From assembly GCA_036172245.1 (NCBI GenBank), contig JAYWIR010000095.1, forward strand, positions 186,001 to 250,000: a DNA stretch of 64,000 nt. The letters are read 5' to 3'. A program made the translations under genes and the position numbers. Numbering within the stretch: the first letter of the stretch is position 1; the number at the start of each line of letters is the position of its first letter. Positions 63,301 through 64,000 of this stretch are shown here, in pieces. The DNA comes from Raillietiella orientalis (lineage: Eukaryota). The notes below the pieces were generated by a model, which ran no database searches, had not been told where the DNA came from, and was given only the letters and a program-made list of their open reading frames with translations.

Positions 63301-63800
63301 ATGGGACGCAGCCGCCTTCCAAGCACGCCTCCTGCTGCTCCCACCTCCATCCCAAATGCTGCCTGCCATCGTTCTCGACGGGACTGTGCGGTTGCAGCTT
63401 CCGACCACGCGCGTTCTTTTGCTTTTCGCAAGCTCCTCCGCTTTTCGGTTTCTGTCCTCATCGACGGGATTTCGAAGCACGTGCGCAGTCCACCCCCTGT
63501 CCTCGAGCGGAGAGCATCTTCCGAGGGAAGCAGAAATGGAAGCGTGCAAAAGGCAACTGGCAGCTTTCCAGAATGTCTCGGACACGGACGGAACCGAGAA
63601 AACCGTGAAGCTTGCCGAACGGGCACTCCTCGAAATGCAGCCGTTCAGGGTAGCGCAGCTGTCCCATGTTGTGGACGCCACGAACCTTGGAACGCGTCGA
63701 GCAGCGCTCCGGCGCCCACCTGGCACGCGGAGAACCAAAGGGCGAACGGAAAGCAGCGGCGCACCCGAATGGCCAAGCATGCGCCATTCTGGCCGTCCGC
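60400..63800 (-). mobile_element. Decayed L1/Tx1-like LINE (APE and RT remains) downstream of the gene
   Basis: ATLNGC...VSETFW (APE start-like, about 63660-63570), RYERIDLI (SRIDY-like, about 63030), ILARIR...AFRP (about 62190-62120), GFRLERGSWFGSRMSRML (F.L.RG.RQG.PLS-like, about 61780), CFSEDV (FADDV-like, about 61650). Confidence 0.42.
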
Positions 63801-64000
63801 CGTGTCATGCACCGCGGTCGGAGCCGTCTTCGTCTTCGGCAGCCACGAGCTCGCTTCGAGCGGCCCCGCCCATTTGCTGCAAGAGTCCAAGGGCAGCAGC
63901 GAACCCATCGTCGCTCCGGAATCGAACGCTGTCTGCACCGAATCGGGGAGCGGTTTTCGCGCTCGGTCGCCTCTTCTGCAATCTCTCGATCGCTGCTGCA

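Overview
Eukaryotic, most likely arthropod, genomic DNA that is GC- and CpG-rich. Almost all listed six-frame ORFs look spurious. One host gene can be assembled by hand on the + strand: an 8-exon, 403-aa, three-Ig-domain IgLON-type adhesion protein of the DIP (Dpr-interacting protein)/lachesin/amalgam family. Coding exons are 33979-34036, 49232-49350, 50427-50637, 51279-51437, 53035-53163, 54167-54460, 58615-58680 and 58742-58917. All introns are GT-AG with consistent phases. The protein has an N-terminal signal peptide and a GPI-signal-like C-terminus. Much of the rest is frameshifted non-LTR retrotransposon relics: a Utopia/NeSL-like element with a restriction-like endonuclease (about 0.7-3.2 kb), two copies of one Tx1/L1-like family, an RTE-like relic, a HERO/R2-group-like relic in intron 1, and weaker CR1/L2-like and L1-like fragments. 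Relic boundaries and clade calls come from motif recognition by eye and are approximate. I saw no CRISPR array, rRNA, tRNA or prokaryotic system, and I cannot support a wholly new biological system. The best leads are the divergent DIP-like gene, its possible isoform switches and candidate enhancers, and the Utopia-like relic lacking its usual U2 target.
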